Assembly (NCBI GenBank): GCA_913061515.1
Contig: CAJXSF010000010.1
Span: 5,808-69,807 of the forward strand
Origin: an uncultured Gammaproteobacteria bacterium
Lineage (GTDB): Bacteria; Pseudomonadota; Gammaproteobacteria; Pseudomonadales; Pseudohongiellaceae
DNA: 64,000 nucleotides
Direction: 5' to 3'
This document shows positions 54,184-64,000 of this stretch, piece after piece. The first letter of the stretch is position 1. Each line of letters begins with the position of its first letter. Under the pieces are notes generated by a model, which was not told where the DNA came from, did not search any database, and saw nothing but the letters and a program-made list of their open reading frames with translations. The translations under genes and the position numbers were made by a program.

Positions 54184-55563
54184 TTAGTACTTGTAACTAT
54201 CTGGCTTATAAGGGCCTTCTGGAGCTACATGAATATACTTGGCTTGTTGTGGTGTTAGCTTCGTAAGAACGCCGCCAAAACCGCCTACCATTAACGCAGC
54301 TACTTGCTCGTCCAAATGCTTAGGCAATACTTCTACCGTGATATTGTCTTTCTTGAACTCAGGAGACAATGAAGCAAAGCCTTTTTCATAAAGGTAGATC
54401 TGGGCAATAACTTGGTTAGCAAAAGAGCCGTCCATGATTCGTGATGGGTGGCCAGTGGCATTGCCTAGGTTGATCAAGCGCCCTTCAGAAAGCAGGATCA
54501 AATAGTTGCCACTGTCTGTGTCTTTATCGCCACGGTAGATTTTGTGAACTTGTGGTTTCACTTCTTCCCACGTCCAATTCTTACGCATAAACGCCGTATC
54601 AATTTCATTATCGAAGTGACCGATATTACAAATGATGGCGCCGGCTTTAACAGTTTGCAGCATGTTCTTGTCACAGACGTCGATGTTGCCTGTAGTAGTA
54701 ACAATCAAGTCCATCTTGCCAAGAATTGATGTGTCGATATCTTCGATGCGGCCAGTGTTGTTGCCGTCTTTATAGGGAGAGACAACTTCATAGCCATCCA
54801 TACATGCTTGCATTGCACAGATAGGGTCGATCTCTGAGATCTTCACAATCATGCCTTCTTGACGCAGGCTCTGTGCTGAGCCCTTGCCCACGTCACCGTA
54901 GCCCACAACTAGCGCGTGCTTGCCAGATAGCAGCATGTCGGTACCGCGCTTGATGCCATCGTTGAGGCTGTGACGACAACCGTACTTATTGTCGTTCTTT
55001 GACTTAGTGACAGAATCGTTCACATTGATTGCAGGCACTTTCAAAGTACCTTCTTCCATCATCTCAATCAGGCGATGCACACCAGTGGTTGTTTCTTCAG
55101 TAATGCCGTGAATATTGTCGAGCAACTGTGGGTACTTATCGTGGACCATGCCAGTAAGATCACCGCCGTCATCAAGAATCATATTGGCATCCCATGGCTC
55201 GCCATCCTTGAGGATAGTCTGCTCAATACACCATTCGCCTTCTTCTTCTGTCTGGCCTTTCCATGCATAGACTGCGATGCCTTTAGAGGCAATATACGCG
55301 GCAGCGTGATCTTGTGTAGAGAAGATATTGCATGAAGACCAACGCACTTCTGCGCCGAGCTCGACAAGTGTTTCGATCAATACTGCTGTTTGCACAGTCA
55401 TGTGGATACAGCCAAGAATCTTGGCGTTTGCCAAGGGCTTTTCAGCACTATAGCGTGCGCGAAGCGACATTAGTGCTGGCATTTCTGCCTCGGCTAGCAC
55501 CACTTCTTTTCTACCGAACTCTGCAAGAGAAATATCTGCAACTTTATAATCTGTATTACTCAT
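54184..55563 (-). CDS. ahcY: Adenosylhomocysteinase
   Basis: [19 protein letters not shown] site [12 protein letters not shown] and terminal ...YKY. Confidence 0.96.
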   Translation of the reverse strand: MSNTDYKVADISLAEFGRKEVVLAEAEMPALMSLRARYSAEKPLANAKILGCIHMTVQTAVLIETLVELGAEVRWSSCNIFSTQDHAAAYIASKGIAVYAWKGQTEEEGEWCIEQTILKDGEPWDANMILDDGGDLTGMVHDKYPQLLDNIHGITEETTTGVHRLIEMMEEGTLKVPAINVNDSVTKSKNDNKYGCRHSLNDGIKRGTDMLLSGKHALVVGYGDVGKGSAQSLRQEGMIVKISEIDPICAMQACMDGYEVVSPYKDGNNTGRIEDIDTSILGKMDLIVTTTGNIDVCDKNMLQTVKAGAIICNIGHFDNEIDTAFMRKNWTWEEVKPQVHKIYRGDKDTDSGNYLILLSEGRLINLGNATGHPSRIMDGSFANQVIAQIYLYEKGFASLSPEFKKDNITVEVLPKHLDEQVAALMVGGFGGVLTKLTPQQAKYIHVAPEGPYKPDSYKY

Positions 55564-55597
55564 TTAAAAATCCTGTTGTCGTCTATTGAATGTATGT

Positions 55598-56755
55598 TTA
55601 AAGGCCGGCAGCATCGCGTAGCGCTGCAGCTTTGTCAGTTTTTTCCCAAGTGAAGTTAGGCTCTTCGCGACCAAAATGCCCATAAGCGGCAGTAGGCAAA
55701 TAAATCGGGCGCAAAAGATCTAGCATACTGATCAAACCCTTAGGGCGCAGTTCGAAGTGCTCGCGTATAATCTCAACAATGCGATCCTCAGAAATTTTGC
55801 CAGTGCCAAATGTATCAACGCTAATCGAAGTTGGTTCGGCGACACCGATGGCATAAGAGAGTTGAATCTCGCAGCGCTCGGCAATCCCAGCAGCAACAAT
55901 ATTTTTCGCAACATAACGTGCAACATACGCTGCTGAACGGTCTACTTTCGAAGGGTCTTTACCAGAGAATGCACCACCGCCATGGCGAGCCATACCACCA
56001 TAGGTGTCTACAATGATCTTTCGTCCAGTTAGCCCGCAGTCGCCGTGTGGCCCGCCAATGACGAATCGGCCCGTGGGGTTAATGAAATACTTTGTGTCTT
56101 TGTTTAGCCATTGCTCTGGCAGCACTTTCTTAATGATCTCTTCCATCACAGCTTCTTTCAAATCTGCTTGGCTAATGTCTTCGCTGTGCTGAGTTGAAAG
56201 AACAACGGCATCGATGGCCACTGGCTTGCCGTTGTCATAACGGAAAGTGATTTGGCTTTTGGCGTCAGGTCGCAACCAAGGCAATTGGCCATTTTTGCGT
56301 ACTTCGGCTTGACGCTGCACAAGGCGGTGAGAATAAGTGATAGGCGCTGGCATCAGCACGTCGGTTTCATTGGTGGCATAACCAAACATGAGGCCCTGGT
56401 CGCCAGCCCCTTGTTCGTGGTCCGGTGTATCATCAACCCCTTGTGAAATATCCGGGGACTGTTTGCCTAGCGCATTTAAAACGGCACATGAGTTGCCATC
56501 AAATCCTTTGTCAGAATGATCATAACCAATATCACATACTACTTTGCGGCTGATCTCTTCGATATCGACGTAAGCTTCAGTTGTGACTTCGCCAGCAACT
56601 AACACCATGCCTGTTTTAATGAGGGTCTCGCAGGCAACGCGTGCTTTAGGGTCTGCTGTAAGAATGGCATCAAGTACCGCATCAGAGATCTGATCGGCCA
56701 TTTTGTCTGGATGGCCCTCGGAAACGGATTCTGAAGTAAAAAGTGATGTAGCCAT
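55598..56755 (-). CDS. metK: S-adenosylmethionine synthetase
   Basis: [25 protein letters not shown] and GGGAFSGKD. Confidence 0.97.
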   Translation of the reverse strand: MATSLFTSESVSEGHPDKMADQISDAVLDAILTADPKARVACETLIKTGMVLVAGEVTTEAYVDIEEISRKVVCDIGYDHSDKGFDGNSCAVLNALGKQSPDISQGVDDTPDHEQGAGDQGLMFGYATNETDVLMPAPITYSHRLVQRQAEVRKNGQLPWLRPDAKSQITFRYDNGKPVAIDAVVLSTQHSEDISQADLKEAVMEEIIKKVLPEQWLNKDTKYFINPTGRFVIGGPHGDCGLTGRKIIVDTYGGMARHGGGAFSGKDPSKVDRSAAYVARYVAKNIVAAGIAERCEIQLSYAIGVAEPTSISVDTFGTGKISEDRIVEIIREHFELRPKGLISMLDLLRPIYLPTAAYGHFGREEPNFTWEKTDKAAALRDAAGL

Positions 56756-56813
56756 AGTATGTCCTTTTCATTCGTTGAGTTATTAATATCAGTTTGTTCT
56801 AAAACGGGTCTTG

Positions 56814-57806
56814 CTAAATTTTGCTAAACACACACATTTGGATCTGAAAGCCATTGCGCAATCCAAGAAAAACCGTTTGTGCTGTTTTTAGGCCAGCTTG
56901 TTCTGCCCAGTCATTCATTTCATCTTGATCGAAGCCTAACCAAATGTCGCCGCAGGACTCTTTCACCCAGTCTTGATCGTGACGGCACAGCTCTACAATC
57001 AATAACAAGCCATTGTCATTAAGAAGACTATGCGCGTGCTCGAATGCCTCATGTGGGGATGCCAAGTGGTGCAATACCATGTCGAATAGAATGAGATCGC
57101 AACGCTCTTGCAGCTCTAAGGCCTTGTGTGTATCCCCATGAATGAAGCCAACATTGTTGAGCCCCTCATTCGCAACGGATTGGCGGGCGAGGTTGAGCAT
57201 CTCTAGAGCATTGTCCAGTGCCACAACCTTCTCAAAACGCCTTGCAAGTTCAGTGAGTAGCTCGCCTTGGCCAGGGCCAACTTCCATCACGCTGTGTTGC
57301 GCCGTGAGGTCAAGGCTGTTCAATAAGTCGAGCAGGCTGCTCATATATTGGCTGTGCTGCGCCACTAAGCCCTGTTTTTCACGGAATTTGTCAGCATGGC
57401 GAGTGAAGAATTGCAGTGATTGCTCTGAACGTTCTTGCTGTACGACATTGAGCCGCTCAATCAGTTCTGGGTTAAGTGCAACTTTATCGATTGCTTCGAA
57501 GGCACTTTTCTTAAGCGCGTAATGAGGATCGTCTGCCGTTAATAGGGGGCGGCGATAAAAAATACTATTGCCTTCGCGGCGCGTGCTGGCAAGGCCTGCC
57601 GTGGCAAGAATCTTAAGATGGTGGCTGAGGGCTGATTGACGGATATCGAGTATTTGAGAGATCTCGAGAACGCCAAAGGAGCTCACGCGCAATAAGCGCA
57701 GAATCTCGAGCCGCAAAGCATCGGCTAAGGCTTTGCATAGAGCTGTGAGCTCTTCTGCTTCATCCTGCGCAGGGTTGTTGCTTGTTGAAATCGCGCTAAG
57801 TGCCAA
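56814..57806 (-). CDS. ArsR-type wHTH fused to a SAM-methyltransferase-like domain (SahR-like regulator of the methyl cycle)
   Basis: The N-terminus (LRLEILRLL...ISQILDIRQSALSHHLKIL) is ArsR-like. The C-terminus has the methyltransferase motif I VMEVGPGQGEL. It sits next to metK/ahcY/metF, as described for SahR. Confidence 0.7.
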   Translation of the reverse strand: MALSAISTSNNPAQDEAEELTALCKALADALRLEILRLLRVSSFGVLEISQILDIRQSALSHHLKILATAGLASTRREGNSIFYRRPLLTADDPHYALKKSAFEAIDKVALNPELIERLNVVQQERSEQSLQFFTRHADKFREKQGLVAQHSQYMSSLLDLLNSLDLTAQHSVMEVGPGQGELLTELARRFEKVVALDNALEMLNLARQSVANEGLNNVGFIHGDTHKALELQERCDLILFDMVLHHLASPHEAFEHAHSLLNDNGLLLIVELCRHDQDWVKESCGDIWLGFDQDEMNDWAEQAGLKTAQTVFLGLRNGFQIQMCVFSKI

Positions 57807-57861
57807 TGCGGTGCCTATAGATTGCTTGAACGTGACGCAGGACTATATCAGCAAAATATAT

Positions 57862-57885
57862 CTATATCAAAATAAATTGATATAG
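57862..57885. promoter_or_regulatory. Perfect palindrome CTATATCAA-AATAAA-TTGATATAG in the sahR-like/tktA divergent region (candidate operator)
   Basis: 9-bp arms read directly, with an extra half-site ACTATATCA at 57842-57850. Confidence 0.5.
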
Positions 57886-58048
57886 CTGCCATTGGTCTTG
57901 TATTCTAAGCCTTTCTTGCGCCATACCCCCACTTTTGGGCGTGAATTAGACGCAAAATAAGGCAAGGCTTGAGTAGCATATTCAGCCTAGGTGCGGGAAA
58001 ATAGCGAGCCTTGCAAATATCACAGCCCAAGACAGGAGCTAACTCAGT

Positions 58049-60055
58049 ATGTCCAGCAGTGTCCCTTCGCGCAGAGATTGTGCTAATGCTATTCGAGCCC
58101 TCAGTATGGACGCGGTCCAGAAAGCTAATTCTGGTCACCCCGGTGCGCCTATGGGTATGGCTGATATTGCGCAGGTGCTATGGAGCGACTTTTTGAGCCA
58201 CAGCCCCGTTAACCCTAATTGGATCAACCGCGATCGCTTTGTTATGTCCAATGGCCATGGCTCGATGCTTGTGTATTCACTGTTGCATCTAAGCGGCTAT
58301 GACGTGTCAATCGATGACATCAAAAATTTCCGTCAGCTACACTCGAAGACGCCTGGTCACCCTGAGTTTGGCTACACGCCAGGGGTAGAGACCACAACGG
58401 GTCCGCTAGGACAAGGTCTAGCAAATGGTGTGGGAATGGCCATCGCAGAGAAAACATTGGCGGCACAGTTTAATCGCCCTGGTTTAGACGTCATCGATCA
58501 CCACACTTATGTCTTTGCAGGTGACGGCTGTTTGATGGAGGGGATCTCTCATGAAGTGTGTTCATTAGCGGGTACATTAGCGCTATCGAAGCTGATTGTT
58601 TTCTACGATGACAATGGCATCTCTATCGACGGTGACATCGAAGGCTGGTTTACCGACGACACGACTAAACGTTTCGATTCCTATGGTTGGCAGGTGTTGG
58701 CAGTAGATGGCCATGACCCAGAACAAATTGCCAGCGCAATCAAAGAAGCGCAAGCCGATACCAAGCGCCCGACGATTATTCGTTGTAAGACTATCATTGG
58801 TTTTGGCTCCCCCGCTAAGCAAGGCACATCAGGCATCCATGGTGCGCCGTTAGGTGAGGCAGAGATCGTGGCGACGCGCGAAGCCTTGGGTTGGCCGCAT
58901 GCTGCATTCGAAGTGCCTGAATCGATCAAAACCGCATGGGATGCGCGCGAAAAAGGCTTTGCAGCAGAGTCCGCGTGGAAAGAAATAATGGTGCGCTATG
59001 AAGAGGAGCACCCAGTATTAGCGATGGAGTTGATTCGTCGCCTGAAGGGCCAGCTGCCTAGTCATTTCAGCGCAAAGGCCGAAGACTATATTCAAGCCTG
59101 CCAAGAGAAAGGCGAAAAATTGGCTAGCCGTAAAGCGTCGCAAAACTGCCTTGGCGAGTTCGGGCAGTTATTGCCAGAGATGATCGGCGGCTCTGCGGAT
59201 TTGGCTGGTTCCAATTTGACTCTTTGGTCAGGTACGCGCCCTATCACCGAAGCTGCAGACGGCAATTACATTAACTACGGTGTGCGCGAGTTCGGTATGA
59301 GCGCCATCATGAACGGCATAGCACTGCATGGTGGCTTTATTCCTTACGGCGGCACCTTCTTAATCTTCATGGAATATGCGCGCAACGCAGTGCGCATGTC
59401 GGCGTTAATGAAGCAGCACTGTGTGTTTGTTTATACCCATGACTCTATTGGTCAGGGTGAAGACGGCCCAACGCACCAGCCAATCGAGCAATTGGCAAAC
59501 TTACGTGTGACACCGAATATGTCAGTGTGGCGCCCTTGTGATGCAGTGGAAACCGCCGTGTCATGGAAAGTCGCGCTAGAGCGTAATACTGGCCCCACAT
59601 CATTGGTGTTCTCGCGCCAAGGTCTTGCGCATCAAGAGCGCACGGCTGAGCAAGTTGCTGCAATCGCCCGCGGTGCTTACGTCCTTGAAGATTGCGATGG
59701 TGAGCCAGAGGCAATCGTGATCGCCACAGGCTCAGAAATGCAAATCAGCCGAGACGCAGTCAAACAACTGCAAAGTGATGGCGTGCGCGTGCGTCTTGTT
59801 TCGATGCCATCTACCGATGTCTTTGAAGCACAAGATGAGGCTTATAAAGAGAGCGTCTTGCCATCAGGGGTAAGAAAGCGCGTTGCGGTAGAAGCCGCTG
59901 CTGCCGACTATTGGTATAAGTATGTTGGTCTTGATGGGCAAGTCATTGGCATGACGAGTTTTGGTGAATCTGCCCCAGGTGGTGCGTTGATGGAAGAGTT
60001 TGGCTTCACCGCTGAAAATGTGGTTGCCACCGTCAAGCAACTTTGTAATAAGTGA
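58049..60055 (+). CDS. tktA: Transketolase
   Basis: [24 protein letters not shown] and [16 protein letters not shown]. Confidence 0.97.
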   Translation: MSSSVPSRRDCANAIRALSMDAVQKANSGHPGAPMGMADIAQVLWSDFLSHSPVNPNWINRDRFVMSNGHGSMLVYSLLHLSGYDVSIDDIKNFRQLHSKTPGHPEFGYTPGVETTTGPLGQGLANGVGMAIAEKTLAAQFNRPGLDVIDHHTYVFAGDGCLMEGISHEVCSLAGTLALSKLIVFYDDNGISIDGDIEGWFTDDTTKRFDSYGWQVLAVDGHDPEQIASAIKEAQADTKRPTIIRCKTIIGFGSPAKQGTSGIHGAPLGEAEIVATREALGWPHAAFEVPESIKTAWDAREKGFAAESAWKEIMVRYEEEHPVLAMELIRRLKGQLPSHFSAKAEDYIQACQEKGEKLASRKASQNCLGEFGQLLPEMIGGSADLAGSNLTLWSGTRPITEAADGNYINYGVREFGMSAIMNGIALHGGFIPYGGTFLIFMEYARNAVRMSALMKQHCVFVYTHDSIGQGEDGPTHQPIEQLANLRVTPNMSVWRPCDAVETAVSWKVALERNTGPTSLVFSRQGLAHQERTAEQVAAIARGAYVLEDCDGEPEAIVIATGSEMQISRDAVKQLQSDGVRVRLVSMPSTDVFEAQDEAYKESVLPSGVRKRVAVEAAAADYWYKYVGLDGQVIGMTSFGESAPGGALMEEFGFTAENVVATVKQLCNK

Positions 60056-60095
60056 AACTACTCGGTCAGGCGTCACCTGCACACGTGAGAGGGCT

Positions 60096-61121
60096 ATGGC
60101 TTATCGTATTGCCATAAATGGTTATGGACGGATTGGGCGTTGCGTATTGCGCGCCCTGCATGAATCAAACGCACACAAAGATTTAAGCATCGTCGCGATC
60201 AATGATCTAACCGATACGCATTCATTGGCCTATCTAACACGTTACGACAGTACGCACGGGCGATTTCCGGGCGAAATAGATAGCGGTAAAAATTCGTTAA
60301 TTGTAGGCGGGAAAGAGATCGCTGTATGTTCTGAAGAGCGTATAGAAAACCTGCCATGGCAGGCGCTAGATATTGATCTAGTAATGGAGTGCACGGGGAC
60401 GTTCTCAGATCGCCCTACTGCAGCGCTGCATTTGCAAAGTGGTGCAAAGCGCGTGCTGTTTTCTCAGCCCGCACAAAGCGATGTTGATGCCACCGTTATC
60501 TATGGCGTGAATCACAATAGCCTGCGCGCTGAGCATCAAATTATTTCCAATGCTTCATGCACCACTAATTGTATTGTTCCAGTAATAAAGTGTTTGGATG
60601 ATAGTTTCGGTATTGAGAGTGGTGTGATTACTACCATCCATTCAGCGATGAATGATCAACCTGTGATCGATGCTTTTCACCACCATGATTTACGCAAGAC
60701 CCGCAGTGCGGTGCAGTCAATCATTCCGGTAAATACAGAAATCGACAAAGGCATCGGCCGCATTTTGCCTCATCTGGATGGGCGTTTTTCTGCGCAAGCG
60801 ATGCGCGTGCCGACAGTGAATGTTTCAGCAATCGACTTAACTGTCGTGGTCAATGCCGATGTCAGTATCGATACAGTAAACGCAGCGATACGAGAAGGCG
60901 CGAAAAATTCACTGCCTTTGGTCTTAGCTTGTACAGATGAGCCATTGGCATCTTGCGATTTCAATCATGACCCAAGGTCGGCCATTGTCGATTTAAGTCA
61001 GACTCGAGTCAGTGGTAAACGATTAGTGAAAGTTTTGGCTTGGTTTGACAATGAATGGGCTTTCGCGAATCGCATGCTTGATGTGGCACAGTTAATTCAA
61101 AAATTAGATAACGAGGAATAG
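60096..61121 (+). CDS. epd: Erythrose-4-phosphate dehydrogenase (GAPDH family)
   Basis: INGYGRIGR and SNASCTTNC. The tkt-epd-pgk-fba context favours Epd over Gap. Start at MAYRIA. Confidence 0.8.
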   Translation: MAYRIAINGYGRIGRCVLRALHESNAHKDLSIVAINDLTDTHSLAYLTRYDSTHGRFPGEIDSGKNSLIVGGKEIAVCSEERIENLPWQALDIDLVMECTGTFSDRPTAALHLQSGAKRVLFSQPAQSDVDATVIYGVNHNSLRAEHQIISNASCTTNCIVPVIKCLDDSFGIESGVITTIHSAMNDQPVIDAFHHHDLRKTRSAVQSIIPVNTEIDKGIGRILPHLDGRFSAQAMRVPTVNVSAIDLTVVVNADVSIDTVNAAIREGAKNSLPLVLACTDEPLASCDFNHDPRSAIVDLSQTRVSGKRLVKVLAWFDNEWAFANRMLDVAQLIQKLDNEE

Positions 61122-61129
61122 TCCGAGTA

Positions 61130-62314
61130 ATGGCAATTTTAAGAATGCAGGACTTAAACCTGCGCAGTAAGCGTGTTCTTATTCGCGAAGATTTGAATGT
61201 CCCAATCAAAGATGGTGAGATCGTCAATGACACGCGAATTCGTGCTGCGATTCCAAGCATTGAGATGGCGTTACAAGCTGGTGCGAAAGTCATCGTCATG
61301 TCGCATCTCGGGCGACCAACTGAAGGTATGCCAATTAGTGAGCAACCTGAGTCATCATTAGCGCCTGTGGCGAAACATCTCGCAAGTCTATTGGGAGTGG
61401 ATGTTCACTTGTCGACAGACTATTACAATAACCCTGCGCAAGTTAAACCTGGCGAAGGCGAGATAGTCCTGCTTGAGAACGTGCGAGTCAATGCCGGTGA
61501 AAAAAGCAACGATGACGAATTAGCAAAACGCTATGCAGCAATGTGCGATGTGTTCGTTATGGACGCATTTGGCACAGCGCATAGAGCACAAGCGTCAACT
61601 CACGGCGTGGCAAAGTTTGCTGCACAAAGTTGTGCCGGCCCGCTGCTCGCAAAAGAGCTCGACGCTCTAGAGCTAGCGCTTAAAAACCCCGAGCGCCCGA
61701 TGTTGGCGATCGTTGGTGGTGCGAAAGTTTCAAGCAAGTTGCAAGTGCTAGAAAGCCTGGCAGGCATTGTTGACCAGTTAATCGTCGGTGGCGGAATTGC
61801 CAACACCTTCTTGCTGGCCGCAGGGCACAATGTCGGGCAATCATTGGTAGAGCGTGATTTGCTCGACACTGCTAAAGCCTTGATGGCCAAAACCAATATT
61901 CCAATGCCCGTTGATGTTCGTGTGGCAAAAACATTTTCGGCCGATGCACAGGCTACAGTAAAGCCGGTTGAGGAAGTCAGTGATGACGATATGATTCTCG
62001 ATATCGGCCCGCAAACTGAGGCAATGTTTACAGAGATTATTGCAGGCATGAAAACGATTATTTGGAATGGTCCTGTAGGCGTATTCGAGTTTGAACAGTT
62101 TGCCCCTGGCACTGAAGCGGTGGCCAAAGCGATTGCGAATAACCAAGGCTTCTCTATTGCAGGTGGTGGCGAAACTATTTCGGCAATTGATAAATTTAAA
62201 GTCACTAAAGATATCTCCTATATCTCAACCGGTGGCGGAGCTTTCTTGGAGTTTGTGCAGGGTGAGACATTGCCTGCGGTACAAATTCTTGCTGATATGG
62301 GGAGTAAGGCTTAA
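61130..62314 (+). CDS. pgk: Phosphoglycerate kinase
   Basis: [25 protein letters not shown] and [10 protein letters not shown]. Confidence 0.97.
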   Translation: MAILRMQDLNLRSKRVLIREDLNVPIKDGEIVNDTRIRAAIPSIEMALQAGAKVIVMSHLGRPTEGMPISEQPESSLAPVAKHLASLLGVDVHLSTDYYNNPAQVKPGEGEIVLLENVRVNAGEKSNDDELAKRYAAMCDVFVMDAFGTAHRAQASTHGVAKFAAQSCAGPLLAKELDALELALKNPERPMLAIVGGAKVSSKLQVLESLAGIVDQLIVGGGIANTFLLAAGHNVGQSLVERDLLDTAKALMAKTNIPMPVDVRVAKTFSADAQATVKPVEEVSDDDMILDIGPQTEAMFTEIIAGMKTIIWNGPVGVFEFEQFAPGTEAVAKAIANNQGFSIAGGGETISAIDKFKVTKDISYISTGGGAFLEFVQGETLPAVQILADMGSKA

Positions 62315-62364
62315 CCCTTTTTATAAGATTTAAATATTAATAGAACCAAACTACGAGGTAGCAA

Positions 62365-63402
62365 ATGGCATTAATTAGTTTACGTCAGCTTCTGGATCAT
62401 GCCGCGGAGCACGCTTATGGTGTTCCAGCATTTAACGTTAATAACTTAGAGCAAGTGCGTGCCATCATGGAAGCTGCAGATGAGGTGAATAGCCCTGTCA
62501 TTCTGCAAGCCTCCGCCGGTGCTAGAAAATATGCTGGTCCTAATTTTTTGAAGCATTTGATTCAAGCTGCAATCGAAGAGTTTCCACATATACCAATCGT
62601 GATGCACCAGGATCACGGGATGTCCCCTGCAATCTGCCAGCGTTCTATTCAGCTAGGTTTTTCATCAGTCATGATGGATGGCTCCTTAGGGGAAGACGGC
62701 AAGACACCAATGGATTACGACTACAACGTGGCAGTGACGAAGCTGACAGTCGATATGGCCCATGCTTGTGGCGTCTCTGTCGAAGGTGAAATCGGTTGCC
62801 TTGGCTCATTAGAAACCGGTATGGCTGGCGAAGAGGATGGCGTTGGTGCAGAAGGCGTATTGTCGATGGCGCAGATGCTGACAGACCCAGAAGAAGCTGC
62901 GCGTTTTGTGGACGACACAGGTGTCGACGCACTCGCAATTGCCGTGGGCACTAGTCACGGCGCATACAAGTTTAGCCGACCACCAACGGGTGATATTCTA
63001 GCCATTGAGCGCATCAAAGAGATTCACCGTCGTATTCCAAATACTCACCTTGTGATGCACGGTTCGTCTTCTGTTCCGCAAGAGTGGTTGGCAGTGATCA
63101 ATCAATTCGGTGGCGAGATTCCTGAGACTTACGGGGTTCCTGTTGAAGAGATTCAAGAAGGCATTCGTCATGGCGTGCGCAAGGTCAATATCGATACTGA
63201 TTTGCGCTTGGCCTCCACTGGTGCGGTGCGCAAATTCCTTGCAGAGAATAAATCTGAGTTTGATCCTCGTAAATTCTTAATCCCAACAATGAAGGCAATG
63301 AAGTCTGTCGTTGTGCAGCGCCTAGAGGCGTTCGGAACTGCGGGTCAGGTCTCGAAGATCGGTAAGGTCTATTCCTTGGAAGAGATGTCCGAACGCTATT
63401 GA
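62365..63402 (+). CDS. fba: Class II fructose-1,6-bisphosphate aldolase
   Basis: [23 protein letters not shown] and LVMHGSSS. Confidence 0.95.
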   Translation: MALISLRQLLDHAAEHAYGVPAFNVNNLEQVRAIMEAADEVNSPVILQASAGARKYAGPNFLKHLIQAAIEEFPHIPIVMHQDHGMSPAICQRSIQLGFSSVMMDGSLGEDGKTPMDYDYNVAVTKLTVDMAHACGVSVEGEIGCLGSLETGMAGEEDGVGAEGVLSMAQMLTDPEEAARFVDDTGVDALAIAVGTSHGAYKFSRPPTGDILAIERIKEIHRRIPNTHLVMHGSSSVPQEWLAVINQFGGEIPETYGVPVEEIQEGIRHGVRKVNIDTDLRLASTGAVRKFLAENKSEFDPRKFLIPTMKAMKSVVVQRLEAFGTAGQVSKIGKVYSLEEMSERY

Positions 63403-63427
63403 GGAATCATTGCTCCAAGGCGGGACT

Positions 63428-64000
63428 ATGTTCAATACAGATGATGCGGCGCAGCTAAAAGCGAGCTTGCCGCCCTTGGACTTCCATAAGGGCGTTGAGA
63501 GCAGCCCCCTGTTGACGCGTTATTTGCAGTTTTATGGTCTTGACGCTGAGGCCTTGTGTGGTTCAAAAACCCATGGCATTCATCATGCTATGGGTTTTTT
63601 TTCGAGCGCGAATTTCTCTATCGCCTGTCAGTACTTCCGCCCTAGCGCACCGCAAGGCACCGTATTAATTGTGCATGGGTATTACGACCACGTTGGGCTT
63701 TTCACGCATATCATCAAGTATTGTTTGAGTCGCCAACTTGCCGTGGTTGCGTTTGATCTTCCAGGGCATGGGCTTTCGAGTGGGGTGCCGGCAAGTATCG
63801 AATCGTTCTCATTGTATACGCAGGTGTTTAAAGACTGTGTGACAAAGGCGCAAGAGGCGCAATTGTCTGCGCCATTCCATGTGATTGCACAGAGCACTGG
63901 CGGCGCGATCGTCATGGATTATTGTTTAAGCCATTGCGAGCAAAGTCAGTCGCAACTTGCGCACATCGTGTTGCTCGCTCCGCTTGTGCGCCCACATGCT
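63428..64000 (+). CDS. Alpha/beta hydrolase (lysophospholipase-like), 3' truncated by the window edge
   Basis: Hand translation from ATG 63428 is open to nt 64000. LIVHGYYDH, DLPGHGLS and nucleophile elbow AQSTGG are present. It is absent from the ORF track because it has no stop. Confidence 0.7.
   Translation, partial: MFNTDDAAQLKASLPPLDFHKGVESSPLLTRYLQFYGLDAEALCGSKTHGIHHAMGFFSSANFSIACQYFRPSAPQGTVLIVHGYYDHVGLFTHIIKYCLSRQLAVVAFDLPGHGLSSGVPASIESFSLYTQVFKDCVTKAQEAQLSAPFHVIAQSTGGAIVMDYCLSHCEQSQSQLAHIVLLAPLVRPHA

Noticed and set aside
57905-58138. 77-aa minus-strand ORF spanning the tktA leader and start
   Set aside because: It overlaps the tktA start and promoter region, has no motif and is probably spurious.
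61600-62205. 201-aa minus-strand ORF inside pgk. The same applies to 57142-57522 (+) inside the SahR-like gene, 23944-24369 (-) inside the fecR-domain gene, 20619-21140 (+) across the hlyD/ABC junction and 16338-16949 (+) inside wzt.
   Set aside because: All are fully nested antisense to genes with unambiguous conserved motifs. None has recognisable motifs or translation signals.

Overview
This is a gammaproteobacterial chromosomal segment. The gene order of its flanks matches, as I recall it, Pseudomonas/Oceanospirillales core synteny. Left flank: polA (5' truncated), engB, cytochrome c4, dsbA and a DgcH-like GGDEF cyclase. Right flank: two cytochrome c5 genes, rep, a GGDEF-EAL protein, comM/yifB, ubiK, a TorF-like porin, glnK-amtB, rsmE, metF-ahcY-metK, a SahR-like regulator, tktA-epd-pgk-fba and a 3'-truncated alpha/beta hydrolase.

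Between the flanks (about 6.3-42.4 kb) lies a roughly 36-kb cell-envelope island with no integrase, transposase, tRNA, rRNA or CRISPR. It contains six blocks:
1. A non-canonically ordered type II secretion cluster (L-like, M-like, E, F, lipoprotein secretin D, G, H, I, J, K). It has no gspC, gspN or gspO.
2. One co-directional block that joins a PrtD/HlyD/TolC type I secretion system to a Wzm/Wzt O-polysaccharide ABC exporter.
3. A divergent Crp-family regulator next to a secreted FecR-domain protein, a CHASE2 class III nucleotide cyclase and a TPR + beta-barrel outer-membrane protein.
4. A 918-aa Cys-free, Ala/Thr/Gly/Val-rich protein with sparse RTX-like motifs and no signal peptide. It is a likely T1SS-secreted S-layer protein and is preceded by a perfect CRP-type box.
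5. An AT-richer sapC-family gene plus unknown ORFs, followed by a GT2, an SDR and rfbC-rfbD-rfbB.
6. A Calx-beta protein and a secreted M10/PPC metalloprotease.

The most interesting candidate for an undescribed system is the FecR-domain / CHASE2-cyclase / DUF560-like barrel / Crp module wedged between the T1SS and its putative S-layer cargo. All functional calls rest on motifs read by eye from the translations. No database search was run.
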